Shown piece by piece: positions 1 through 11,672 of a stretch of DNA of 64,000 bases (its first letter is position 1; every line of letters starts with the position of its first letter). The notes beneath the pieces were generated by a model. That model did no database searches and was not told the DNA's origin. It saw only the letters and a program-made list of their open reading frames with translations. Source of the stretch: Moniliella sp. 'wahieum'. Taxonomy: Eukaryota. Location of the stretch: positions 744,001 through 808,000 of the forward strand of contig RSEE01000012.1 of the NCBI GenBank assembly GCA_003971905.1, read 5' to 3'. A program made the translations under genes and the position numbers.

Positions 1-1082
1 CGTGGCCCAATACGCGAAGCGTAGCCACCGCCCTGGCAAGCTGGACATAGTTGCTGCCGTGACTGTGGCTTGGGCGGGAACTGACACTCAAACAGGTGAG
101 CTGAACACTTATAATGGAAGGCAAGCGAAATGCTTTGTCCATAAGGTCGAGAACGGGACGCCAGCTGCGATCGTGGGCCTGAATATGAGCATAGGGAAGA
201 CAGTGGGCTAGGATCGCCGGTAACCAAATCCGGTCTTGCGGGGAAATTCTTGCTTCAAGCTCTTCAGCTTGGACGGCAGAATCCGTTCCGGGAATGGAGA
301 CAAAGGAAGTGATTGTTTGCGATATGGATGAGAAAATTGGAAGGGCCAGAGCGGTGCGTTCGAAGCTAGACCGCGGTATACGCAAGGTCAGTACCAACCC
401 AAAAAACTGTTATGATGTTCGGAGACGTCATACTTTTTGTAGAGCTCTGCTCGCTCTGCAGCAGAAAAAGAGCCGATGATCCGATGCAATTCAGAAAGAG
501 GAAGAACGTAATGCGAAGAGTACAGGTTGCGATGGTAGACAAACAGTGCATTTGGGCGTCCGTGTTGGGCGACCTCTCGCACAGAGACGAAAGGCCGCTC
601 CTCTCCTTCGTTCGAGTGGTCGTGGGGCTAAGCACCTTGGGCAAGTCGTCAGCCAAAAGCGTTTGACGCAGCTCCTCTCCAGGCCCCGGAGGCAACAACT
701 CCAGGTGCCTTGCGCCTTCTTCCTCATTCGAGGGATCGCAGCGGCTAAGCACCTCGGGTAAGTCATCGGCCAGAAGCGTGTCGCGCTGCCCCTCACCAGG
801 CCCCGGAGGCACCAGCTTACGATGCTTGTCACATTGAGGATCGGACATTAAGGACCGTCTGGATTTGTGGCGATTGAACGAGGGTTGGTCAAATGTGCAC
901 ACCATCCCTTGCGAGAAGCACCACACGCACACATCGTTCTGGGGGGAGGGCCGACACCCCCGCTTGGAGCGGCGGCATTGGTCACAAGGACGGTTCAAGC
1001 GAGAGCGATAGGCCCTTCCCTCGGGAACTTCGGGCGCCGGCCGCTTTCTGCTGGTTCCAGCGTGTGGTGAGCTTGTTGGCAT
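1..1082 (-). CDS. Zn(II)2Cys6 (Gal4-type) fungal transcription factor, 3' part runs off the left edge of the window
   Basis: ATG at 1082 (MPTSSPHAGTSRKRP). Six-Cys cluster CDQCRRSKRGCRPSPQNDVCVWCFSQGMVC in ORF 366..1103, preceded by a basic RAYRSRLNRP. Downstream coding is split by frameshifts or introns. Confidence 0.85.
626..817 (-). repeat. Diverged internal duplication (117-bp period) within the TF coding region
   Basis: ggctaagcacc...ccaggccccggaggca occurs at 626 and 743, encoding LVPPGPGEGQRDTLLADDLPEVLS and LLPPGPGEELRQTLLADDLPKVLS. Confidence 0.85.
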
Positions 1083-1250
1083 GCGACAAATCGAGCAGCG
1101 CAACCAGATGGTGTTGGTTAGGGTGTCGTGGCCAAATGATCACTGATCCGACCGGAAGTGCCGCAGGCAACGTTAGATCTTTGCAATTTCAGGTTCTGGC
1201 TCTGAGATCTGAGGTCTGAGGGCTGGGGACCAGATATCTGACACAGCCTC

Positions 1251-1264
1251 TTGCCCGCGGGCAA
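1251..1264. promoter_or_regulatory. Perfect 14-bp palindrome TTGCCCGCGGGCAA, copy 1 (candidate Zn2Cys6 binding site)
   Basis: Exact palindrome with an everted CCG-CGG core in the divergent promoter. An identical copy lies at 1367-1380. Confidence 0.6.
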
Positions 1265-1366
1265 CAAGGGGGAATTGAATATTGACGCGTATTTTGCCTA
1301 TCAGCCTTCTTATCATACTCGTCCAAGCCGCCTCTAGCCAGAAGTGTCCCATATGCCACCCTCCCC

Positions 1367-1380
1367 TTGCCCGCGGGCAA
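1367..1380. promoter_or_regulatory. Perfect 14-bp palindrome TTGCCCGCGGGCAA, copy 2
   Basis: Identical to 1251-1264 and about 75 bp upstream of the ATG at 1456. Confidence 0.6.
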
Positions 1381-1455
1381 TGGCAGCAGCGTATTTAGGT
1401 CTCGTTTCAAGAGGCCATTTCCCGATCCATACCACCCACATTCTCCCTCCTCATC

Positions 1456-2784
<1,329 letters not shown>

Positions 2785-5682
2785 AGCACCCAAGCGCACG
2801 GCCGTCTCATCGTTCTTATCCATCGAATCGTCTGAATTATCTCTCTCCGGAGGAGCTCGATGCCTCGTTTCGTCGACGAGGCTATCGCTTGTCACACTGC
2901 CAACCCTCCGCTCGCGTGATTCAAGTGACCAATGAATCGTATAGTCAGTATCACTAGCTGGCACGCGCTCAGCTCAGCTTGAGCCCAGAGGTCACAGGGT
3001 CACACAGTTAAATTGAATCACTGTATCCGGAGAGGAAATCTACTCGGTCGTCTAGCGCCTCAAGTCGGTCAGACGACGCAACAACTTCCCTGCGAAAAAT
3101 TGAATGGGGGTGAGACCAGGCCTGAGGAGAATGATGTATAGAAGCTGAATCTCAGCCCTGAGCCGAATCACAGCAAACATGGACAAGACGATTGTCGATG
3201 TCGGTGGTGGTGGTGGTGGTAGGGAAATCCAATGAGCTGATCCGGTCCTGAGTTCGCTCGTACTCATCGATCTCATCGATCATATCGACGCGACGTCACA
3301 CGTCACGGGTCACACGATGCAAGGCGGATCTGAAGCTCTTGAAGCTTGGAGCATGAAGAAGAGGCGCTGAGGCGCGAAGGCGGACTAGGACTTGGGAGTT
3401 GTACTGAATGGAGCGAAGAGCCAGCGAGAGTGGTTGCGACAGAGGAGGGGAAGAACAGGAAGGCGAGGTCGCGGCAGGTCGCGGCTTGCCGGCTTCCAGG
3501 AGTGCTCCAGTGCGTCGAGGCGCACTACGCCAGCCTAGGCAGACTCGGCGTAATACTTCCGTCACGCGTCACGAGTCACGTGTGACGACACTTATCGCAT
3601 GTCACAGCAACATGTCACGCGCCACGGTGTCACATGTCGCATGTCATGCATGTCACATGTCACAGGGGATCTGGGATCTGAGAGGATCTGGGCCCTGCAA
3701 GCTGCGTGTCCTCATCGACATCCATCATCTCGGCCGATGATCATGTCGATCATGCACCCTGGAGCAGGCGATATGTATGTACGTGGTGTACGCAATATGC
3801 AAGTCGCTCTCCATCGCCGGGCGTTGATCAGCGCGTCCGCGTCAGTACTCAGCCGAAGTGGGACCATCTTTTCTCGGGATCCGAAGACGGTGGTACACTG
3901 TGGTGCCTCCCGTTGCGCGGCAGCCACCGTCACAGAGCGGGGATCGAGCTCCTATAGACTAACCGCCAATTCGGGGCCTGCTGTTCTCTCTCGTCTTTTC
4001 GTCTTCCAACACCACCATGGCCTCTGTCAGCATTGACGCGGAAACACACCACCCAATTTCACATTCCCGCCGGCTGCTCAAACACAAAAAGAGCACCACT
4101 GTCTACCCGCTTTCGCTAGCAAGGAGGAGGAGACCGACTTGCAAGTCTCGTCCAAGGCTGGTCTCTTGGGCCGCTTGGCTGCACGAGCCAAAAGCGTTTC
4201 CTCTCTCCATAGCGCCTTCCATGCTCATGCTTCTCCCGGCCGCCGTTGCCAAAGCCCAATAATATGAGAGATGCCGTCCCTCCGGTGCCACAGCAAGACC
4301 AAATCTTATCATCCTCGCCCCTTCACCACTACACCCCCGCCGAGCTCTGACCAGCCCATTCCTTTCTCAGACACGTCTTCCCGTGTTGGGCACACTAAGC
4401 GCCACTCACATGTTCGGACTGCGTCACTTACCACTCACCGTTCCAAATCAAGCCGCATTTTTACCGAGCTGTTACACCGCCACCCCCGATCGCATCCCCG
4501 CAGGTACAACGACGGGCCCACCGGGAGGACAAGGGAGCAAGCCTTTGTCTTGGGAGCGTCATCCTCCATTACCAGATAAGACGCCCATGCATTTTGCCGG
4601 TCTGTCTTCTGTCTCGCTCAATGGGCCGTATGCTAGCGCCGACCCGTGGCACCAAAGCAACGAAAGTATGCATGTGTCGTCCTCAGAACGGAGGGACCTT
4701 ATGGACATGGGGGAAGGGGACACAGAGGTGCTTGCTTCAATGTCTTTGCCTCCCTTTCCACTGGCTCAAGCGAAGCAAGGGAGCCACTGGTGCAGGATTT
4801 GGGGGCTTCGTCTGCCCATTCGTTGGCCCAGGACATGCGCCCTGCAAAGTGCGCAGCGGGGTATACTTGTCCGGCTGCCCACCCTCCTCGAATGACTCAG
4901 GATAGGCACGGGGCGTCCGGCGCGAACTTCCGGAGCGGAACCTCCCTAGCAGAGCTTCGGGGGGGCACACAGGCAACGTATCGACCCCTCGGCCGGGTGG
5001 CGGACACGGACGCACAGCAGCAAGACCGGGGTGGCACCTTGTCTGTCTCCCGCGGTCATTAGCCCGGAAGAGTTTATCTTTTCAACGGGCCTTGCACCGC
5101 GCACGCGGGCGCGCCACCCGGCGCCCTCGAAGGGCCCGTAGCAGCGCCCGCCCTCGCCTGGAAAACATCATATGTTTACGATCACGATTGTCACGTTTCA
5201 CGTTTACCATGCAACTGGACGCCCGTCATGGGACAGGGGAGAGGCCTACTCCCACATGTCCCGTCTATACACCGCATATCCCCATGTCTGCCTTGAAGAA
5301 CTTTTAAAAAACGTTTTGTGTGCTCTTTCCTCTGGACTCTCTCTTTCTATCCTCCGTATACTTCTCCACGAGGAAGTGCTATCGGATGATACTCTTATTG
5401 CCTTCGCAGCCTTCGCAGCCTTCGCTTGCTTCTGTTGGAGAGTAGTGCCTAATGCTGGGGTTCCCCTGCACGGCCCTCGGTAGATCGGTGACGCTCACTT
5501 AGCCGGGCGGAAGAGTTCCGCTCGCAGGGCGCGCACGCCCTGCTCGCTTCATCTCCCTTCTCTCTCTCATCATGCATCAGGCCTCAGGGGTCACCGGTCA
5601 TCCAAAAGTCAGCATCCTCCTTTATCCCACCTTCCATTCTCGTCCCTTCCCACATTTCTTGTCCAACTCCTGACCGTTTCCA

Positions 5683-6085
5683 GCCAATTGATTGAGTAAT
5701 ACAGGCAACCTCTCGTCTCCACTTAGCTGCCTCATCTTCATCATCCAACCTCATCCGCCCAGTCGCGCGAACTTTCCTTCAGTGGCGTCGATTCCCCCTA
5801 CCACAGCATATCGCGGGTTCCTTTCACAGCTACGTCGACGGCCGCCCCTTCCCAGCTTCAGCCCTGGCAGTGTTTTCCCTCCACTGCACCTACCCGTCCC
5901 TAAGCCCCGGACGCTTCAGACACGTTACTACCCCCAAGCCGGCGCATACGCAGCCTTGGCACGCGTACAGCCGCCTCGGATTCACGCCACCAAATAGCCC
6001 AAACCTGAAACTACCGTGAGTACTCCACCTAAGGGATTGCACCCCATCAACCTGGGTGAGAGCCTCCTGGCAGGGCCCAGGGTAA
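5683..6085 (+). repeat. Dispersed repeat or decayed paralog, copy A (homologous to 23412-24078)
   Basis: Shared blocks with the 23.4-24.1 kb region: ccaattgat..tacaggcaac, agacacg.tact, acgcagccttg, agcccaaac..aactaccgtgagt and aagggattg.acccc. Confidence 0.65.
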
Positions 6086-6486
6086 GGATCGAGCCCGCCA
6101 TTCACCGATCATCCTTGCTCCATCCCCTCCCATGTTCCACCGATCCCCTTCTTGTCCCCCCTTGCCCCCCCCCCCCCCCTCAATTGCTCTCGACCACTCC
6201 GCCTTGTGCCTCGGTTACTATTTGCACCACCGCCCTCTTTGAGCCAGTCAGAGACGCGTCGGGTGGTCATCCGTCTTCGAAATAAGCATTGTGGGGAGTC
6301 GGCAGCCCTGTGGCCATGGCGCCGGCAGTGGCGGCACAACTCTCGGCGCGGATTGAAGGCACACTGCTCGAGTGTGGTCGTTGGTGCGGCAAGGGGGGCA
6401 CGCCAGTGAGCACGGGTGGGGGGCATTGTAAGGTAGTGGAGGGAGGCGTCGACGCGACTTAGGTGTCATTTAGGTGTGATATGCCC

Positions 6487-6694
6487 GATTATTAGCCAGC
6501 TGGCGCAGCAAGCCTCCCCCCGTCACGTGCAGGCAAGGAGCAGTAGGGTTGTTGGCGGATTTTGATGGGTACTCGTATATGGAACTAAAGGATTATTAGC
6601 CAGCTGCGCGCAGCAAGCCCCCCCCGTCACGGCAGGCAAGGGAGCAGTAGGGTTGTTGGCGGATTTTGATGGGTACTCGTATATGGAACTAAAG
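6487..6694. repeat. Tandem duplication, 2 x 104 bp
   Basis: gattattagccagctg...gggtactcgtatatggaactaaag starts at 6487 and again at 6591, with only a few indel differences. Confidence 0.9.
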
Positions 6695-7903
6695 GATCCT
6701 GCATCACAATTCTTCTGTCAAGTTGGTGGTTCTATTCTGTTTCGTACCGTCCTAAACTGAGTGGGAGATGACGCTGAGATGATATAGATGATTGATGTTG
6801 GTGTGTCTTCGATCGCACAGGGGATACGAGACCTACTCTTCTGAAGAGGGGCTCCAATACTCGATGTGTTTTTTTGTGACGTTGTCAACGTGTTGGCCGG
6901 CATCACAGCATCAAGCTGTTCTGAAGTGCTCCGCCATCCCGTGGCAGTTGACGTTGGATGATGAAATAGGATGGGGTCGGATGCCAAATGAGAGAAATCA
7001 TTACGGCTTTTGGCATATCCACACCCACACTATACGTAATCCTCCATTCGCACAGTATATACTCGAGATCGTTTTTTTACCCGCCCCACACACCCTCACC
7101 CTCCGTCTGGAATCATCTTAACGTTTAACGTTGCAGAGATTTGAAATTTGGCAGCACCATTCGCTCATCTACGGCAGTGGTCAGCAGCGCAGCGCAGCAG
7201 CTTTTAGTTCTTTTGTAGTTCAGCTCGCCCGCCTTCCATCGCTGCGCACACGACAGCGCAGGTACCTGGTAACCTGTACCTTGTAACTAGGTAGCTAGCA
7301 GCCGGTAACACACCGTAACCGGGAGCGCGTAAGGCGTAGCGCCGGCAAGCGGCAACGCCTTTTCTAACACCAAACGTGGAAAGGTGCATGGAACACAGCG
7401 GATCCCACAGGGCGGCAGTGCGGATGTGGCGCGTGACGTGTGTGACCGGTGGGACACGACATGTGAATGTGACATGTGACAGACGGCGGCAGCGTGCGGG
7501 GATGCTCCGGCAGAGCACCAGACCAGTGTCGGGCAAGGCGATCCCCACAGTCGGCTGGTCCAGCTCGAGCCTCGGGCACGTGGCGCCTGTAACGTACGTG
7601 TAACATGCGCATAGTATGCAACGTATAATCAGCGGCCAACCCTTCCCTCATCGATCATCGGCCATCCCGTCCCTCTTGAGCCCTGTGTCAGGCGCCTGCT
7701 GCCCGTACGGGCAAAGGGCGGCTAACGGGCGGCCCAGTGGCGTGGAACGTGACGTGGGACGAGGTGTGTTCACAGCACCAGCGCATGCGTGTGGGTGCCT
7801 TTTGCTGCTGCCGCTTTTCCGCCCAAACCCCCAGCCTCGACCGCCTGCCCTCCTCTCCCTGTATCGTTCCTTTCCTCCTCCTCTCTCGTTCCCCTGCCTC
7901 GCC

Positions 7904-10150
7904 ATGCCCTCTTTTCTTCGCCGCAAAACCAGCGCGCCGCCGCTGGGCCCCGGGCTGCTGGGCCGCTTGGACGCTTCGGGCACAGAGGTGTGGGCCACCA
8001 CGGCCACTAATACGGCCGCCCCCCACCTTCCACCTTCATCCACCCAACACTCAATACCTCAGTCCCTGCTTCCCATCAGTCTCGCTGATTTGCCTTCCCC
8101 AAACCCGCCCGCTCCTCCGCCTTCTCGTGACAAACCTGGTGTCCCCTTACATGGCCCTGCGTTTGCCTCCTCCCACCCCCCCCGCGCTCGCACCGCACCG
8201 GCCGCCCATCGCTACAACGGCGCAGCAGCAGCAACAGCATCCGTGGGCTGATCCAGGATGTGGTGCCCGAGCACGCGATGGACTTGCAAACGTTGGCCAC
8301 CGCGCTTCGATCGATCGGCGTCGTGATGATCCCGGCCAGGACAAGTTGCCCGACTCCGGCCCCCATTTTCCCTCTGCCAACAGCAGCTCTTCTGTCCTCT
8401 CGTTTGCTCCCTGCGCACCGCCTCCCTCGGCTCGAAACAAAATCCAGCATACTGCACGGGCCAGCATGGAGAGTCTCCGAAAGCTTGGCCGTAAAGCCTC
8501 CCTCTCTCGCCGTCCCGACAAGAGCCCCACCCTCCATTCTGGGCTCACACAACCGTCTTCGAGCCTGGCGGCCGTATTGCAAACCCCTTCCTCCACTCGC
8601 TTGGGGAGGTACCCGTCTTGTGAAGCCTCTGCGTTTCACTGTTCAGCGAGCCTAGTGGACCTGGAAAATATGGACGGTGGAGGACGAGGTAGTTCATTTT
8701 CCCCCGACCCCCTGCCTCTGACCACAGCCGAGCCCCGCGCTACTGTATTCCACACAGGATCGCACACTGATGCTCCTCTTTCCCCGACATACGCTCCGTC
8801 TCAGCATTCGGTCTGTGCAACGCGCGCCACCCTAGGCTGTTCGACTGGCACGAGGAACCTGTCCGTCCGGACGCTGCCCAATCCCCACGCTTTGAACCAC
8901 AGGGCGGCCGTTGGCTCTGCTGTTCCGGCGTCCACGCCTTCGCACAATGGTTGTATCGTACCCTCCTCAGTATTCAGGCCGAACCGCCCAGACCCACCAT
9001 CAGCGACCGACACAAGTGGTCATGTCCCCCACCACAGCCACGGTTCTTCATCCGTCCTGTCCTACTCCGTTTCAGCGGGAAGGTCTCTGGCGTCGTCCCA
9101 CTGGACCACTACGACGACGACGGGCAGGAGCTCGCTGGATGAGCATGCCCAGGGGGTTGCTCTTCCCACTTCGACTCGCCCCTTTCTGAATGCAAAGGGT
9201 GTACAGTTCCCTGCGTGCTACTCTTCCGGCCCGATCGAAGGCGCTTTGGCGCTCCCGCGCCATCCTTTCGCTCCTGCCACTACCGTCATGCCTTCTTCCT
9301 GTCATAATGTCAACCCGTACGATGGGTATGATACCTCACCACCCTCTGTTGCTATGTATTCAGATCCGACGCCATCTTCGTCTACCGTCCTACCGCATCA
9401 AGCCGGCACCGCTGTTGGTGCACCACCCTCTCTCCCCGTTGGTCTTGGCATTTCGGGTGTCAACATGGACGCCACCGCAGTCGCTTCGCCGTCCCGGGGG
9501 GGGAGCAAGCGTTGTGGCCCACCAAACCGCCCTTCATACCGCCAAGTGCCCATTCCCCACGCCGCTCGCCCTGTCCTGTGTACCGTTCCGCATCTCACAC
9601 CACTCCGCTGTACCAGACCGGAAGGGCCACGCATGCGGAGCGCGATGTTGAAGAGGAGATGGAAGAACCAGCGCGTGTGTCAGCGGCCACTCCGCACTTG
9701 ACGCTCGCAGGGCTGGATTTTGGAGCGGACTTGAGTGTATCGCTCGCCCGGGAACTAGGACTGATGGAACTAGGACTGGAGATGGAGAAGGAGGGATAAC
9801 AGCTCGCGAGCGCCCCACCTTCCGATTGCTAGATGGGCATTACCAGCAAATGGGCCAAGGGAAAAGGAGAGAAAGTGGGGAACGAAGGCCGCTCCCCATC
9901 GCGACGGGTTCCCGTTGAAGATGGGCGCTATCTCCCTGTTGCGTTGCCCTCCTCGGGAGAAGTCACTGGCTGTAATTCGGTCTTCGTCTTGGGAGATTGG
10001 CCCGACTGTTCATCTGCTGCTTTGCTCTTCCTTCTTCCCTCCTGCATCGTGGATAGCACGTCCCTACACCCTCCCCACGCCTCTTCCCAGATGCGTCTTC
10101 CATTTCCTAATGGACCTTACTACCTTACTAGTCACAATTACATTATTTAG
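7904..10150 (+). CDS. Hypothetical Ser/Pro-rich protein (ends uncertain, frameshifted)
   Basis: gccATG at 7904 (MPSFLRRKTSAPP) follows a pyrimidine-rich leader and joins long ORF 7737..9701 and downstream ORFs. No recognisable domain. Confidence 0.5.
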
Positions 10151-10436
10151 CTTGGCACTTGTCCGGCCTGAAGCGAGGTGGGACCGATCCGGGACATCTG
10201 CGCTTCCTTGGCATCTGTCCCTTCTCCAATTTCATCCCACCCTTCGCTACCACCCGGCGACGAGCCACCCAAAACAGATATCGCCTCAATAGCTCCAAAG
10301 ACCCCTGATCCCCTCGGGTGCCGAGCGGCCAAGCCAACCAACCGGTCTCGCCACCCGGCCGGGCCGGTCCCGCCTGCCCTGCCCGAGGGGGCGGGAAGGG
10401 CAAAGCCGCGGGCAGGGAGGGGACGGGGGGGAGAGG

Positions 10437-10996
10437 CTAGTCCGACGGCACCCCTACTTCCTCCTGGATGCGACGACGAAGGGCATGATCATCGAACCAC
10501 GAGTCCTCCACTGAGCGCACCACGCGGCGCAGGTACTCTGGCATGTTGTCCCGGAACAGTTGGGCCGCCTCAGCGTTGGCTGGTGAGGCCGGGTTGGGAT
10601 CGCTCAACAAGCTCTGGACACTGGTCAGGATGGCGGCCACGTCGTAGGTTGGGCTCCAGCGGTTCTGGAGCAAGTCGAGGCAGAGCGCGCCGTCAGCGTA
10701 CACGTTGGGATGGAAGATGGGCGAGACGAAGCGGACCGTAGGCGGCTTGGAAGGGTAGCTGTCGTCAAAGTGCAATTGCAATTTGAACGTCCCGTCTTCA
10801 AACGGCGTGTCGGCGGGGCCGTAGATGACGCCGTCCCAAACCATGAGGTTGTCCGGGTTGGGCGCGGCGCTGACGCCACCGGGAGGATCGGTGGTCAAGC
10901 GGCGGTAGTCGCGGATCAGGCGGCGCTTCGCAGGCGTGGACTGGGCGCAGAGTCAGCGACTGCCGTGGGAGAAGTAGGCGGGAGGCGGCGTACCAT
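10437..10996 (-). CDS. RAD6: E2 ubiquitin-conjugating enzyme Rad6/Ubc2. The first coding exon is ATG only, followed by a 53-nt intron (10941-10993)
   Basis: [15 protein letters not shown]..., [37 protein letters not shown] (catalytic Cys). The intron reads GTACGC..GCTGAC..CAG immediately after ATG. Confidence 0.95.
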
Positions 10997-11672
10997 CAGG
11001 CAAAGAGCAGCTGGCCCAGGACAGGCAACCAGCGCGGCCCAGCGATGGGAGGTGCGCGGCGGACAAGGGCGGAGGTGGTGGCGAGAGGCAGAAATTAAAA
11101 AAATCAAAGCGGCCCGGCCCCCATTTTATTTAGGCCCTCATTTTGAACAACTCCCCTGTCGCACGGCTACGGCAGCCACCGCGTGGACCCTCGGCGTCTG
11201 CTCCGGCCTGCTCTGACCCACCGTCTCTTGACTCCTTCTCTCCCTCCCACCGCCCTAAACGGACGGGGACGCGGGGGTGGTCTGAACGCGTTCGGCTGCG
11301 AGTGGGGCACAACGCAGATACTATGTACAGCGCCTCAGCACTTCTGTGTTAGGTTCTGGCGCCTCTCCTCTCCTCTACCCCCCGGCCCGCCGTTCTGTTC
11401 CCTGCGCCGTGTGCACAAACCCACCTGACCGGCCTCAGCTCCTCTGTTCCTAATCGTCGCAGGGACGCTGAATGGTTCAAGGTGGACTCGCCTACCTGGA
11501 CGGCTACAAACCCATGCGGGTCCACAACTGGGGGGGTGGGGGTATATTCAATCGCATATGCGTTACAACGTTGTTCACAGCGGATGGCTCTGCGACGTCA
11601 CTGGCTACTCGCATTCGCCCGCCTCCTCAGCTGGGCGCTCCAGCAACTTGTCAAACCCGCCAATCAGCGTGA

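Noticed and set aside
4017..5062. Possible gene starting at caccATGG 4017
   Set aside because: Only short overlapping ORFs with no recognisable motif, so a call cannot be supported.
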